From positions 1 to 61,103 of the forward strand of contig JABANN010000151.1 in assembly GCA_013115125.1 (NCBI GenBank): a stretch of 61,103 bases of DNA, given 5' to 3'. Numbering within the stretch: the first letter of the stretch is position 1; every line of letters starts with the position of its first letter. Positions 1-12,966 of the stretch are shown here, piece by piece. The DNA comes from Perkinsus olseni (taxonomy: Eukaryota). Below the pieces are notes generated by a model. That model made no database searches, was not told the origin of the DNA, and was given only the letters and a program-made list of their open reading frames with translations. A program made the translations under genes and the position numbers.

Positions 1-73
<73 letters not shown>
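1..73. repeat. Poly-C homopolymer at the window edge
   Basis: C-run 1-73 with a single G at 40; typical assembly break or sequencing artefact. Confidence 0.95.
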
Positions 74-76
<3 letters not shown>

Positions 77-119
77 TCAGTAGCGTGATGCTGGGGTTCA
101 TGAACCCGTGGCTAACCTT

Positions 120-3100
120 ACTTGATTAATATTATTAATCAAGTATTAAGCAAGTATTATTAGTTTAATATTCTAAGCGATTCCTTGATGTAGTTTCACA
201 CTACTCAAAGGCCAAGCTTTCTGACAGTTATTCCATATTGGTACTGCGGGATCTATGACATTGAGACGGATAGTGGCATATGATAAATGTAACTTGAAGG
301 CATCATGTATACCGGGGAACAGGCCGGCGGGGAGTGACATACGCACTAGCCAATGGGTGGTGGGCATTAAAATTTGCACTTTTAGGGGCCCTAGTTTAAG
401 AATTAGGGAAGAGATCTGATAATAAGGAGACAAGTTGTCCCGGCCAACGGTTGGCCGCCAATCTCTCCCTTCACGGAAGATTCGCGCAAATTAAGAGATA
501 CCGGTAAGCTACCGGTACCGGCGGTAACGGAATCCCAAAGCAGCAGCCTCCTGGCAGTGCGAGCCTCAGAGGCCCCTTTCTAAACACAACGGCGGGTCTA
601 ATTACAGAATAACATCGAGAGTACATGTACAGTGAGACATCTTCATCATCAACATTCACATGATCAAGATGATGACAGGACTTCACCACCGTTGGATAGG
701 AATTGCGATAGTGATAACTTCCGTGATCTTTCAAGAGTCATAGGCCGAGGTCCTTCAGGGTTCATCTGTTTCTCGCGCCACTGACAAAGACACCAGAGTT
801 CAGTGGAAAAGTTTTCCACGAACGTTTCCAGGAAAACCCGACCGTGTGTTCACCTCCCCTAGGGTTTGCTCGCCTTTCTGGCGTTGGATATCGGTGACGC
901 AGTACTGGTTGTTATAAACGGTCTCGTAGCCGTTGCGTATTATTCCCATGTGAGTGAAGCGTGGCGATGACGGTTGGGGCTGAGGGTAGCAAACACACTG
1001 TGTTCAACACAGTAGCAGGCGCAGCATGGATAGCATCATCCGCACTCACTAGGTCGGTAATGACGTTATGTCGTTCGAAGGCTTCCCGTATGGCCCCGAA
1101 GGGGTCTCCATGCCCCATACCAGGAGTAAGGTTCACCTTCCGCATGTAATCCTCGTAAGAGATAGTGTCGTTACTCAACGTGCCGGACCTGACCAGCATC
1201 GTCCAAATTGTGAAGTCGATGATAAGGCTCACACCTTCTCATCAACTTCTTCGATACTAACCCAGGATACTCATCGTGCTTCCACTTTGGCATTATCCAG
1301 TACCCAGTACCCGTTTTGTTCAGCCGCCTAGCTGCCGCCTCCAGTGCTGAGGGAAGAGGGGACATTGAACGTTGGTCTGATGTGGGGTGAAGAGTTCCCC
1401 CACACTCTCTCATCCAATCTTAGCATAGGGTTTGCTCAGCAAAACTTTGTCCAAGCAAAGTTTGCTGCACACTTAGTTCAATAGCGAGTTTCGAGAAGGT
1501 TTTAATACACATCGGGCCTCAAGTTTCTGACCATGGACCGGACCAAACATCCATGTCGGACAGGGTATGTCCGGTATCTTAGCTGAAGATTATTCTCAAG
1601 CCATCCACGCATGATGCGCGGCGCATCGAGGGATTCCTCCGCTCATCATTTGTTGATTCCAGCTCAGAGGTATTTCCAGTGCGTAGGTTGACGATCCCCA
1701 CCTTTGGTAGTAGCGTTCCCCGAAGACCCTTTCACCCGCCTGGCCAAAGTAACCGCCAATATAGGCTCCCGCCCAATCCTTTCCTTGGCCGCTTTGCGGG
1801 CCTCGTAGCTCTCCCGCCTAAGGCCGAATCAGTCTCGATAGAACAGTAGACAGGGGTGGCGGCGTCACTTGGACAAGGTGACGGTGCATCCGTGAGTAAC
1901 ATTATAATAATTGATGCCCGCTGAGTTCGTCGTCAACGTCGCGCCATACGCCGAGATCTGCTGGTCCTCGACTGCCATGCCGGTGATCTACAAATCGGTC
2001 AGAGTCGGAGAAGGGTGAAGAGGCCGACCTCCATGATCTCCTCCTTAAAACTCTTCCGTCTCGGTCGCTCCTCCCAGACAGAGTCGCTCTTGCCAGCGCA
2101 GGGTCCACGGGCATCAGCGTCGAACCCCCACATCTAGCGAGCGGAGCGAAGATAAGCCTCGCCAGGGCCTCCACGGCAGCAGAGCTTACTTCTGTGAAAC
2201 GGTCTAGGGTAAGCTCCGGAGGCCCGACTGGCATGTTGTAAGGCACCCAGAGGTAAAAGCTGTCGCCGCTTTGGGGCAGATACACGTACACACGGACGAG
2301 GTAATCCAGGCCAGCACAACCCATCTTACGTCCCTGCAACAACCAAAGATACCTTCCTACGGGCTATCGACGGCCTACCATCCCCAGGGGGCTCCGGCCA
2401 GGGAGGGTATCACACGTCTTCATAGACCTCAAGTTGACGTACCCCAACCCACTGGGCTTCCGGCGGGCCTGACATGACGACGAGGCTTCACCCAGTAAGG
2501 CGCCACCCCCACTTCCCCCCTCACCTTGTCCGCGTCTTGGTTGGTATGCACTGAGGTCGTAGCCGTGGTCGGCCTCAGAGACGGCTGGACGTATCTGCCA
2601 ACATCATAGGAGCGAAGAGCAAGGCAAGAAGCCTTGATCAGTGCCTAGCGGTCTTCCTTTTTAGCTAGCTTGAACACGTATAGGTAGGATACTAACCCAG
2701 ATATTTCCTGTACCCTTATTGGGAATTGATGTGCGCAGAGTCTGTGCCACAGACTGCCCTGTTCGGCCTGGCCTGAGTGCAGTGTGGCATGCGTATGCGT
2801 TTCACGCAAGTTAATGGTGTCTTTTGAGAAAAGCTATTGATCGGTATAGCGGTGATACTGATTCCGCTATAGCTCTGTTCCATAACCGAACACTTGTCTA
2901 CACGGTGTTTATACTACCAACCGCCCCGCCCCGCACCCGCGGCCAAGCTACTGCGAACACCTATCCTACTCCTCCCTGTCCCGGTGGGTAGTCAGGTTCT
3001 GCATGGCAATCTCCTTTTCATAAGCGTGTCGCATGGCCTCTACCTAAACACAAGCAGGCATCATGTTAACATGGTGCCGGGCAATCAACAAATTTTCCGT

Positions 3101-3560
3101 AATTTCCTCGGCCGTTTGCCATCGGCCCGGCGTGCGGCGGCGTACACTGACTGACACGGGGATATACCTTGATCTACCCATTGCGTGACCGCCGTTCATC
3201 ACCAGTAAAGCTTCATCGGAATTTCCGATTCGGAAAGCACCGCCACACTTGTCTCCATGCCACACGAGAGGCGCAATCGACCACGTTTTGAAGCCGCAGC
3301 AGAATGGACGTCTCCAGAAGGCCCTAACCCTTACTTGCTTGGCCAACTGCTCATCACTCACTGTCAATGACTGCTTCAACACCATCTATAGATCATGCGC
3401 TGTCCCAGCATCTTACAGTAACAGCGCATTTAAAAAAGCGCGCGCCCCAGTGTATTGTTGCCCGAAGAACCTTTTCCTGCTTAAGTTATTGCAAGTCTCC
3501 TTAACCATCACCCTCCTACAGTTGATGTTATCAGGGCTTGCGCCCTTCCGTAATGACTTC
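120..3560 (-). mobile_element. Heavily decayed non-LTR (LINE-like) retrotransposon
   Basis: Intronless minus-strand fragments in LINE order: degenerate gag zinc knuckle (CLCLGRGHATRL*, ~3020-3060), endonuclease-like VYVYLPQSGD (~2260-2300), RT-like RSMSPLPS, GMGHGDPFG (cf. GxxQGDPLS) and SADD (cf. YADD) in 912-1413, YSVIRPAV (~590), C-terminal AVPIWNN (~230), then an AT-rich tail with repeated TAATACTTG. Many stops and frameshifts; ends approximate. Confidence 0.6.
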
Positions 3561-3751
3561 TAGTCTTTTAGCGGCACTCAAATCAAATAGTGGAAATAAG
3601 AGGCGGTCATTCTTCGGTGGAGCGGGCGTAAGGATAAGTCAACGGCGAAACTACACTCTTCGGTTTGAGGTTGCCACTCTGGTTACTCTCAGCGCGAGAA
3701 ATACTCTCTAAAGCTGCCTTCAGCGTTGCATTGTCAGCAAGATGATCTCAG

Positions 3752-5433
3752 ATTGAACCCCCTCCCCCTAATCGTTTTCTAGAGGCAGCCAAAGTCGGTA
3801 ACGCGGAGAGCGTGAAGAAGTTCCTCGAGGACCCTAAGCATAAGGTAAGCCACAACAGCAGTACGGCATACACCTCAGGCTGTTGCTTAGATCGATCAGA
3901 AGGACCCGGCCGGCGTGACCGCTCTCATGCATGCCGCCAAGAACGGGCACCTGAATGTGTGCAAGGTGAGGCTGGTTCGAAGTGCCCGACCCTTCGTAGC
4001 GGTTGACCTCCTGCAGGTGCTTGCCGAGGGAGGGGCCCGGTTCTCAGCTAAAGATGACGCTGGAGAGACGGCCCTCATGAAGGCAGCTAAAAACGGTTAC
4101 TTGGACGTTATACGGTAAGGCCTCTTGCGAGCTTCGAGCACCCTCACGACGAGTGGGTCTTCGTAGGTTCTTGGTGGACGCCCACGTGCAACAACGCCGG
4201 AAGACACAAGTTCTCAGCCTCACTGGAGTCAACGACGCGCCGTCCAAGACTGAACAGCGGCGGGTGGTTGATGCCACCGACGATGAGGGTGATGCAGTCG
4301 TGGGAAATGTCTCGATAGCCGTCACGACTCTCAGGGGTCACTGCGTTGATGAAGGCGGCTGAGGCTGGGCAGTCTGAGGTCGTCGAGCTGCTCATATCGC
4401 TGAACGCCAATACTGGCGCCAAGGATGATGAGGGGTGGCGAGGGGGTTAGTGAGAGCATTGGCGTACGTCTCTGTGTCCTCCCCAGGTGGAAGGTCATCA
4501 TGTGGGCCGCTATAGCTGGCCACCTCCCTATTGTGGAGTGGCTGGTTACTGAACAGGCTCAGGAAGTTGATTACCAAACTGAGAAGGGAGAGAACGCTCT
4601 GATGAAGGTCGTGCTAAGTTTCAGTGCGCTCCGCTGCTCTACTGCTCTTTACAAACTCAGGCGGCCGCCAACGGGCACTGGGAAGTCTGCAAGTTCCTCC
4701 TCGAGAACGGCGCCAAGGTTAACGCTCACGACCGGGAGTATCAAACTGCCCTCATGTGGGCCGCCGCTTCGGGTCATCTTGCTGTGGTCGAGGTGAGCAC
4801 CTACCTGCCTTCCGAACTTTCCTCGTCACACCCCCTCCATCAGGGCCTCCTGTCCTTCGACGCCAAGCTCGATGTGCAGACTAGGACTGGCAAGAACGTT
4901 CTTATACTAGCCGCTACCTTTGGGAGACTGGAGATCTGCAAGTGAGAACGTCGTGAAATCCGATCATCCTCGGAGTGAAGGGCAGATACCTCATCGAGGA
5001 GCGTCGTGTGCGGATCGAAACGCAAGACAACGAGGGTTTCAACGCCCTCTCCGCCGCTGTTGTGGTGAGTCCTGCAATAGTTGTTCTAGATCAGCAGTAG
5101 GATGTGGTTCTCAGAGTGACGACAGCAGCATTTGTGCCCTAATGATCAAGCATGGATGCCCGATTGAGGCCCACACTACCCGAGGAGAGACGCCGCTCAT
5201 CCTCGCAGCCCGACATCACGCTGCGGAGTGCGCCAAGCTCCTCATCCAGGCCAACGCCAACTTGTAGGGGATGCTGGTCCTTGGCAGCCTCCTCCCTCAC
5301 CACCGCTCGCAGATACACACCCGACGAGAACGGTCAGACGGCTTTGGATCACGCAGAGGGCACCCTCAACAGCAGGCTGGTGGACCTCTTCCGTCAAGCT
5401 CAAAAGTTGCAGCCTCAACCCCCTACCAGCTGA
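3752..5433 (+). CDS. Ankyrin repeat protein 1 (multi-exon; start codon unresolved)
   Basis: Spliced exons give repeated TALMxAAxxGHLxV ankyrin motifs (TALMHAAKNGHLNVCK, TALMKAAKNGYLDVI, MWAAIAGHLPIVEWL, GETPLILAARHH); ends QPQPPTS* at 5433. Confidence 0.9.
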
Positions 5434-5586
5434 TCGTCTAAATCTCATTATGTATGAATCAAATTCATGTTCGTAGCCACTGATGTTGACCATACTGCCA
5501 TGACGATCTGTGTTGTCAATTCTTGCAGCAGTCGGGTCTGAGAAGAGAATCGGAGTGAAGGAAGCCCAGTTAACTTCATGGTTGTA

Positions 5587-7256
5587 ATGACTAAGCCGAT
5601 CTCGCCACCCAAGGGACAAGCTCCCGAAGGGAACGACGAGAAAGCTCAGGAGGAAGTGTATGAGGAGGACTCCGGCGACTGCAAGGAGTTCGTGCCGCCG
5701 CCATCCGTGACTGGCAGCCATCAGGTCTTGAAGAGCGGGGAAGTCCCGCCAGTGTAAAGTGGGCCCTCAGATGCGTATACCCCTCATTGGTGCAGCTGTC
5801 GAGGGCAAGCTCGACGTCGTTGAACGACTGCTGACCAATGAGCAAGCGAAGGTGACCGAAGCGAGGACCCAGTCGATTGTATCGGGTTCGTTCAGGTGGA
5901 CGAGAAGGACTTCGACCGCCGTACCGCTCTCATGCACGCTGCAGCTCGTGGGAGACTGGACGTCGTCGAAGTGAAGGGAAGTCAGGGAGTTCTCAATCAC
6001 TTCACGCCACTGTTGAGGTCCTCGTCCGTCACGGCGCCAAGATCACTGCTAAAGATCAACTAGGAGAGACTGCTATCATGAAGGCCAGCAGAGGAGGGCA
6101 TGTCGAGTGCATCAGGTGGAGTGCCGTAGGATGGCCGCCAAGCCCTCTCCTGTATCCACCAGGCTCCTTCTCGACACCCAATTGAAGCGGCAGAGGGCGG
6201 CTAGTACTGGCCTTACCCTAGCGGAGATGGAGGAGATCCACAACTTCACCTTGTCAGAGAAGCGTAGGATACTCGATGTGAAGGACGAGGAAGGTGCACC
6301 GCAAAGCCACACAGACCACCTTTGGCGTACGTGAGCCACCTTAGGTCAAACAGCTCTTATAAAGGGAGCAGAGGCTGGGCGTCTGGAGTCCGTCAGGGCC
6401 TTGGTCGAGATGAGAGCCTCTGTGGACGTCCAGGATGACGAGGGGTGTGAATGCGCTGCGCTTCGTGTACTCAGCCGCCCGGTCCAGGTGGAACGCTCTC
6501 ATGTGGGCAAGCCTGGGAGGCCACTTGCCCGTGGTCCAATGGTTGGTCGAAGAGCAGCTACAAGATGTCAACTTCGCTTCTGAGAAGACCTCCGAGTCAC
6601 CTCTCATAAAGGTCCCCTTTTACTATCGAGACGTCCCAACCCATTTTGTCTATCGGCAGGCAGCTGTCAACGGTCACGTCGAGATCTGTGAGTACCTCCT
6701 CAGCAAGGGGGCCAAGATCAACCATCACGACTACAACTACCAGAACTCCCTCATGTGGGCGGCGGCGAGCGGCCATCTGGAAGTTGTTGAAGTAGCACCC
6801 TTCACCATACCCGCCTTCTTGCAGTGGTGCGTCAGTTCCTAGTCGACCGAGGTGCCCAAGTCAACCACCAGACGCGCACCGGGAAGACCGCTCTCATGCA
6901 CGCTAGCCTCTACGGTCATGTGGACGTCTGCAAGTGGGTGTTGCAACGTCTTCGCTAGTTAACGCGGTGGCCGACAGATTCCTTCTGGATCGTGGTGCCA
7001 AAGTAGAACTCGAGGACGAGGATGGGTGCACAGCCCTGTTCTTCGCCGTCGGGGTAGGCCCCGGTGACCACAAGGGTTGTCCAGGATCTTTGGTTGATAC
7101 CTGCAGGCGGATGAGCCCGAGTTGTGCGAGCTATTGATAAGCCATGGCTGCAGCGTCGAAGGGAGAAATCAAGAAGGGGATACACCCGACATGTTCGCGG
7201 AACGTGTTAACTCAGAGAAGTGCGTGGAGGTCTTCAAGCGGCATTCCAAAGCGTGA
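5587..7256 (+). CDS. Ankyrin repeat protein 2, tandem paralog of gene 1 (multi-exon)
   Basis: Exon 1 MTKPISPP...SHQ splices to MRIPLIGAAVEGKLDVV; motifs TALMHAAARG, ALMWASLGGHLPVVQWL, SLMWAAASGHLEVVE; collinear with gene 1 and shares several intron positions; ends EKCVEVFKRHSKA*. Confidence 0.9.
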
Positions 7257-7414
7257 CGAGTCCCCCGTGAAAGGGGGGGCTCCCGAGGAGGCCGGCATGT
7301 TGACGGTGTCTCAGCTTATCGTGAGAGATGTCTCGTGATGATGGGGATTCTGTTGCTGTTGAGGCTAAGTCGTCATGGCTGGGTAGTTCTATACCGTTTG
7401 AGAGCTCTACTTTA

Positions 7415-8218
7415 ATGGGGAGGATACGTCGCCTCCTCGAGAACATCTTCGGTTTCCGACGGATGAAGATGCGCTTCGTCGTGGTCGGTCTGGACAATTC
7501 CGGCAAGACTACACTGCTGAACCAGCTGAAGCCCACTAAGGTGAGGGGAGACTCCCGTTTTCCGGGAGCCACTTGAAAGCCCAAAGGACCGTCCATCTTT
7601 CCGTGTTTTCATAGGCTTCCTTGGAGACGGTCCCAACGGTCGGATTTAGCGTCGAAGAGTTCACCAACCACGGCATCAAGTTTTGCGCCTTCGACATGTC
7701 CGGTCAAGGGAAGTACAGAAACCTCTGGGAGAACTACTATCCTGACTGCGAAGTGAGCTGGCTGAAGAAAAGGCATCCTGAGACCTCTCCCATAGGGTAT
7801 CATTTTCGTCGTCGATTCCACCGACCAGCTCCGCTTAGCTGTGGTGAAGAATGAGCTTCAAACCATGCTTCAGTCTGCGGGTGGGCTCGGCGCTTCGCTC
7901 GTTCCCCCGATCGCCTCGCGACCTTCAGAGCTAGCGGCCAAGCCGTACGTCCCGGTTATATTTTTTGCGAACAAGATGGACCTTCCCGACGCAGTCTCGT
8001 TAGATGAAGTGGCAGCCTCGATCGGAGTGACTTCGTTGTCGTCAACACGACGCCCTCACAACATTGTGTAAGGGTGGGCGCTGATTTCTCATCGGAGGGC
8101 GGATGCCCGGCCATTGTCGTCTAGGCGTTGCTGTGCTACTACCGGCGAGGGCGTCGAAGAGGGGATTATGTGGCTAGCCGATATTGTAAAACAGAATCGA
8201 GCGGAAAGCTCTAAATGA
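7415..8218 (+). CDS. ARL6: ADP-ribosylation factor-like 6 (BBS3) small GTPase
   Basis: MG start, GLDNSGKTT, PTVGFSVEEF, FDMSGQGKYRNLWENYY (DMSGQ is ARL6-diagnostic), IIFVVDSTD, FFANKMDL, CATTGEGVEEGIMWL; short GT-AG introns. Confidence 0.93.
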
Positions 8219-8620
8219 AGATGCATGTCGAGTGGAGTGTTGTCCGAATGAGACGTATCTCCCGAGTCACGCCGGGTTGGGTTACATAGTTGGGATAACG
8301 ATCGCAAATGAGCGCTTTGTATCGATCTGTGCATGAGAACCACAATCACGCGGGCCTATCGGCGAGAGTATAAGGCGGTAGTGTGTTAGACTAGAAACTT
8401 ACAGACATGATCGAAGAACCTATCTATAGAAGCGGTGAGTGTGAGTTTCAAGTTCAACGCCGAAAACAGGCTTAGTCAGATTAGCACCGATGTATGTTGT
8501 GTCAACAGGGATGAGTAAGGGAGCGGTAACGGTGCAAAGCATCTGTCCGGGCTGCGCACTATCGACCCACGAACATAAGTTATGGACGCAAGAACATACT
8601 AACACAAGAAGGAAGTGCTC

Positions 8621-11600
8621 TCACGGATGACCGAATCCATCTGGATAACCAGCCATGAAAAATTCGGGAAAGTTGACCATGAGCTTTCCTATGTCTATTG
8701 CCTGTGCTCCCATTGTACCTCACAAAACAGCAAGACCATAGTGATGGTGAGACGAGGAAGCTTCTCACTTACTGTTGCAAGCAATGGATGCCACTAGGAG
8801 CCTGGCTAGTGGCCCCCAGGTGACGGCGAAGACATCAACATTTCGTTCGGTGCCGAGGGCGATGACGCTGTTAGCAACTTCAGTGAATTCGAATAGCCGT
8901 CCAGTGGTGTAGGGAACCATGCCTGCATATAAGTCCCGATGGAGAGGATGAAGAAGGCGCACTGAGCAGGACCTGGAGGCGTGACGTAGACCTTATGGGC
9001 TCTGTTGAAAGGCCAGGATGATGCGATCTTGTCGACTGATATGTTCTTGATCGGGTATGCTATATTGAGACTCGAAGCAACGAGCAGTACACGGCGGGCG
9101 GCGAAAACCGCCTCCCAGTTTTCCCGAAATCTGACGGAAGACTGCTGGCCGAGGGATCGGCAAATATCGCCACGAGGGCACCGAGGCAGCACACACCTGC
9201 GCACAGTCATGGTGCCTGGCCTGGGCGAGTAGTTCACGAACTGACACAACGATGCTCCGGTAGGGATGTAGCGTTCGTAGGCCTCTTTGAAGTAGGCGCC
9301 GCTTCGACCGTACCTGAGGGATAGCGATGCCCGAGGGGGCAGGGGCGTGAGCATCACCAGAAGGTTGCATGCTCGCTGTGAGGGAAGCTGGGCTCATGCT
9401 TCCACAAGTCAACAACAGCGGAGCATAGCCGGTGTCCGCACGACCCCCGCCCTCCTCGCGGACCAGCTAGCCGGCTCAGACCCTCGAAGGCAAGCGCGAA
9501 GTCACTGGGCCTGATTTACGATTGAACTATCTGTGTTTGCAGTGGCTGCATGACGTTCATTTACCTCACGTGCGGGGCCGAGGCTCGGGCGTCCATGATA
9601 GCGAGTTCCCCGTCTCCTATTCTCAGCAAGCTTCCGCCTTGGATGAGCCATACGAATGTCTCCTCGTAGTCTCTAAAACGCACTTGCCACCAACCAGTGG
9701 GTGTCCTTGGCGCCTGGCCAGAGGCGCATTGTTGCAAGTATCGCAACCCATGCCGAACGGGCTCGTCGGAAGCGCTCTCAATTTGGCCCTGGTCAGAGAG
9801 CGAGTCGTGGCCAGCGTCGAGTCCTTGGCGTGTTGATTGTCGGTACCACAAGCACAAGCGCCTGGCATAGTCGTCAGGGGTGCCCTCGCTACCACTAGTA
9901 ACGCTGGACAGGGTCATTGCACTCAGACTGACGGCATCACAAGCTGCTTCACACTCTCTGCCTGGCAGATCGATAGATGATAGCCAAGTCTCCCTCCACA
10001 GGTTGGAGGCAGCGGAGAAGGTCTCGGGCAGAGTGGCGCTGACGATCGATTCATCAAGGGCTTCCTCAAACGCTTCTACTCGTACCGGGTGATGGGCCAG
10101 CTTGTGAAGACCGCGTTCCCATGAGAATACCATAACGACGGGATGCTCTGAACCCAAGGCCCGCAGCGAGGCCACTTGAAGGGCGTGCAAGGCCCCCGCA
10201 GGCTCGACGGCGATATCCTCTTCGTTGAGGAGGGAAGGGCCGTCACTAGCCGAGGAGAGATCGAGGACGGTGCGCAGAGTGTATGACAGGCCAGGGAGCC
10301 AGTCGGTGTCACCGAGCGAGAGCCAGTCGGGGCAGATGAGTAGACAGGCCACGCATACCTGAGGTGTATCGCGGTTACGCGAAGGAGCCCGAGGGGTGCC
10401 GCTTTCTCACGAGAGCGTGTTCATGACTGTGTATTTCATGGCAGTTGAAGTAGGTCTTGCAGAGGCCAATGTTGTCTTCTCCGATTCCACCGCAAGTGTT
10501 GGAGAGAGTTGACACCTGACGCGAACAGCATTGCAAATTGAACCATTCAGCTCCGATCGGTGGTCGCTGACGGAGTCAAAGAGCGATTATTTCAACGCTG
10601 ATCCTATCTTGCTCCAACAAGAGGGTAGTGAGTCGCTGATGACAATTAGACAGCGGAAGATAAGTTCGGATCTCAGACGAGACCACTCTGTCGTTGTGTT
10701 CCCAATCAGTCGGTCTTTAACAGTACGGTCAGACTGTCGTTCCTCCATACAGGGCTGCTATCGCTATTCGTCTCGAGAGGCCTGATAATGGTCGGCATTT
10801 CCACAGCACAGTGGGGAGCTTTATCTCACCAGACACGAAGGGCGTAGAGGGCCAAGCTGACGAGTAGCCCACCCACTGAACATCCGTTATCTGTCTCTGG
10901 TAGAGTTCGAACGAACTGTTCGCAGGCCTGAACTGCTGGAGCAAAGGTCGTTGCTAGCCTGACACTTGCCCACTTGCGGGAGCTGCCATTCCTCCACTCT
11001 GAACTCTGCCATGCAGTCAGCTAGGAGGTACTGCGTTCGCTGCCATGACTCAGTTAGAGGGCCCAGCTCGCCTGGGATCAGTTCATAGGAGTTTCCGGTT
11101 TCATCGTTTGTGCTACGGCGTACATCGGTGTCGTGCGTGGATGGCCTCCTCGAGGGTCTCGAAAGGGCAGCAGAATGCCGGGTCCATGGTGTCATCCCAA
11201 CACGTAGGGTTGAAGGAGGCAGCATCCCGCGGTAGGGCCTACGGGAGGGGCACAGTATGTCCAGGGTAGGCGAGAAGACTGACCAGTCCGTAAAAGCAGC
11301 AGCTCTCCCATCTGAACGGTCCCGACCAGCAGAGGGCCTCAGCCGCCCTTCCTCGACTTATCTCCCGCACTCGCAAAGTTATGTTACACGAAGGTGGGCA
11401 GGGCTCGTGCTCCAGTCGTAGTATCGAGCCCGGAAGGAACACTATTTCGTGCGGTCTCACTGACGGATTCGTCCCATCCAGGGTGTAGCTTCTTGGGGGA
11501 GTCATCGCGTGGTTGATGGTCACTATGAGCTTGCCACGGTCGACTAACTTAGTCCCAGTGATGCTTGCACCGAGGAGCTGACCCGTGAAATTAGGCCGCC

Positions 11601-11721
11601 AGGTTGCTGGCGCGAGGCCGAGCGGGTACTCTAACGTTTCCTCGAGTACAACGGGAGGGGATGGTCCTGCAGGCAAGATAGTTGACAACGTTGCCGAGAT
11701 CAGTGATACTAGGGTGCGCAT
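8621..11721 (-). CDS. Secreted Cys-rich protein with C-terminal GT-D fold (DUF1792/GT101-like) glycosyltransferase domain
   Basis: Signal-peptide-like MRTLVSLISATLSTILPAG; Cys repeats CWSGPFRWESCC and CWDDTMDPAFCC; C-terminal motifs SLLRIGDGELAIM (~9595-9635), WEAVFAARRVLLV, VDVFAVTWGPLARLL, GAQAIDIGKL in GT-D order; stop at 8621. Exon linkage across 10570-10940 is uncertain, so this could be two genes. Confidence 0.7.
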
Positions 11722-11864
11722 AGGTCTCCATTCGGGAGCACTACTGCTACAGCAAATACTCCAGAAGCTCGCCCGGCCGCGTCCTCCTCCAAATTGCTCC
11801 ACGCCCCTTCGGAGCTGAATGGTTGTGGTCCTCACTCGCCCAAGTAGCATAGAACGCAACGCAA

Positions 11865-12966
11865 TTAGTTTTCGAGTATTGGAAAGTATCTGGCGCTGAT
11901 ATACATGGGAACCATCCCTGATCCGACAGGTTGTCGGACGGGATAACCGTCGGCGGGAAGCAATGAGAGACTATGGGGCTGCCGGCTCACCGGACGCCGG
12001 CACTTTCTTTTTTTCTCGAGCATGCTGGCGGGGCACAAACGATTCAACGAGGGCAAATACCAACAGGCCCCCGCCCGAGGCGCTCCTCGCCTACCCTTCG
12101 CACTTCTCCAGCAGTCCTCGCCCACATCGCGCATTGACCAACATGCACAGAGAGACTCAGAAACATGAAAACACGCCTGGCCTAGTCCATATCTTTTCCG
12201 CGATCATCTGCCATGCCGACTTGGCCTAGCTTTGCCTCCGTGACAGCCTGGTTACGTCTTGCTTTTTGCTGCCATAACTTGAGGTAGGACGAATACCGGG
12301 GGCCCTGAGGTAGAGAAGACAATCACCCGTCGTCGGCCACACCCCGATTCGTGGCCATCCGCTCGAGCCACAGTCATATCAGTTGGTTGGTTAATCATTG
12401 CCCCTCTCAGTTCGTACCCCTAGAGTTAGTACCCCGTCGCAATAGAGGAGTCCCGCTGCAACAGGACAATGAAGATACATAAAACCGTGATGGCAGCGCC
12501 ACGGGATAGTACCCCCCAACTCGAAAAGGTGTCCTTGTAGCACCGAAACGAAGGCAGGACGGCTCGGCCCATCGCCTACCAGCCGCCCGAGCTCTGCCAG
12601 CTCCTCCTCGTTAAAGAATACTAGCCTCCGACCTCCCCGACTGACGATTGCTAATGTCGGCTCTAAGGAACCGTCCTCATCAGACTTCCCGGCGAACACG
12701 AAGAACTGCTTCCTCCCACCGGGCATCTGATGGCGATCGCGCATGCAGTTCTAAGAAATAGCTCGTCGTGGACCAGGGCCCACCTGCACAACATCGCTGG
12801 TGTCCTCAGGAGGCCAGTAGAAGGGATTCGTTTTTTCATAATTTTGCCCGACTGGCCCTTGAGGCCTCATGTGAGTCGGTTTAGCTCCACTCCTGAAGGC
12901 CTGCACTGTAGTCTTGGTACTAGTTCGTATCGATCTCCTGCTGTTGCTCCCCAATGATGCTAACAT
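11865..12966 (-). CDS. Hypothetical protein (multi-exon, boundaries uncertain)
   Basis: Coding-like minus-strand segments 12391-12744 (QFFVFAGKSDEDGSLEPTLAIVSRGG...) and 12790-12966 (NYEKTNPFYWPPEDTSDVVQ) bounded by GT/AG; no recognised family. Confidence 0.45.

Noticed and set aside
7170-7216. Apparent non-canonical intron near the end of ankyrin gene 2
   Set aside because: Reads through in frame as NQEGDTPDMFAERVNSEKC; no intron is needed.
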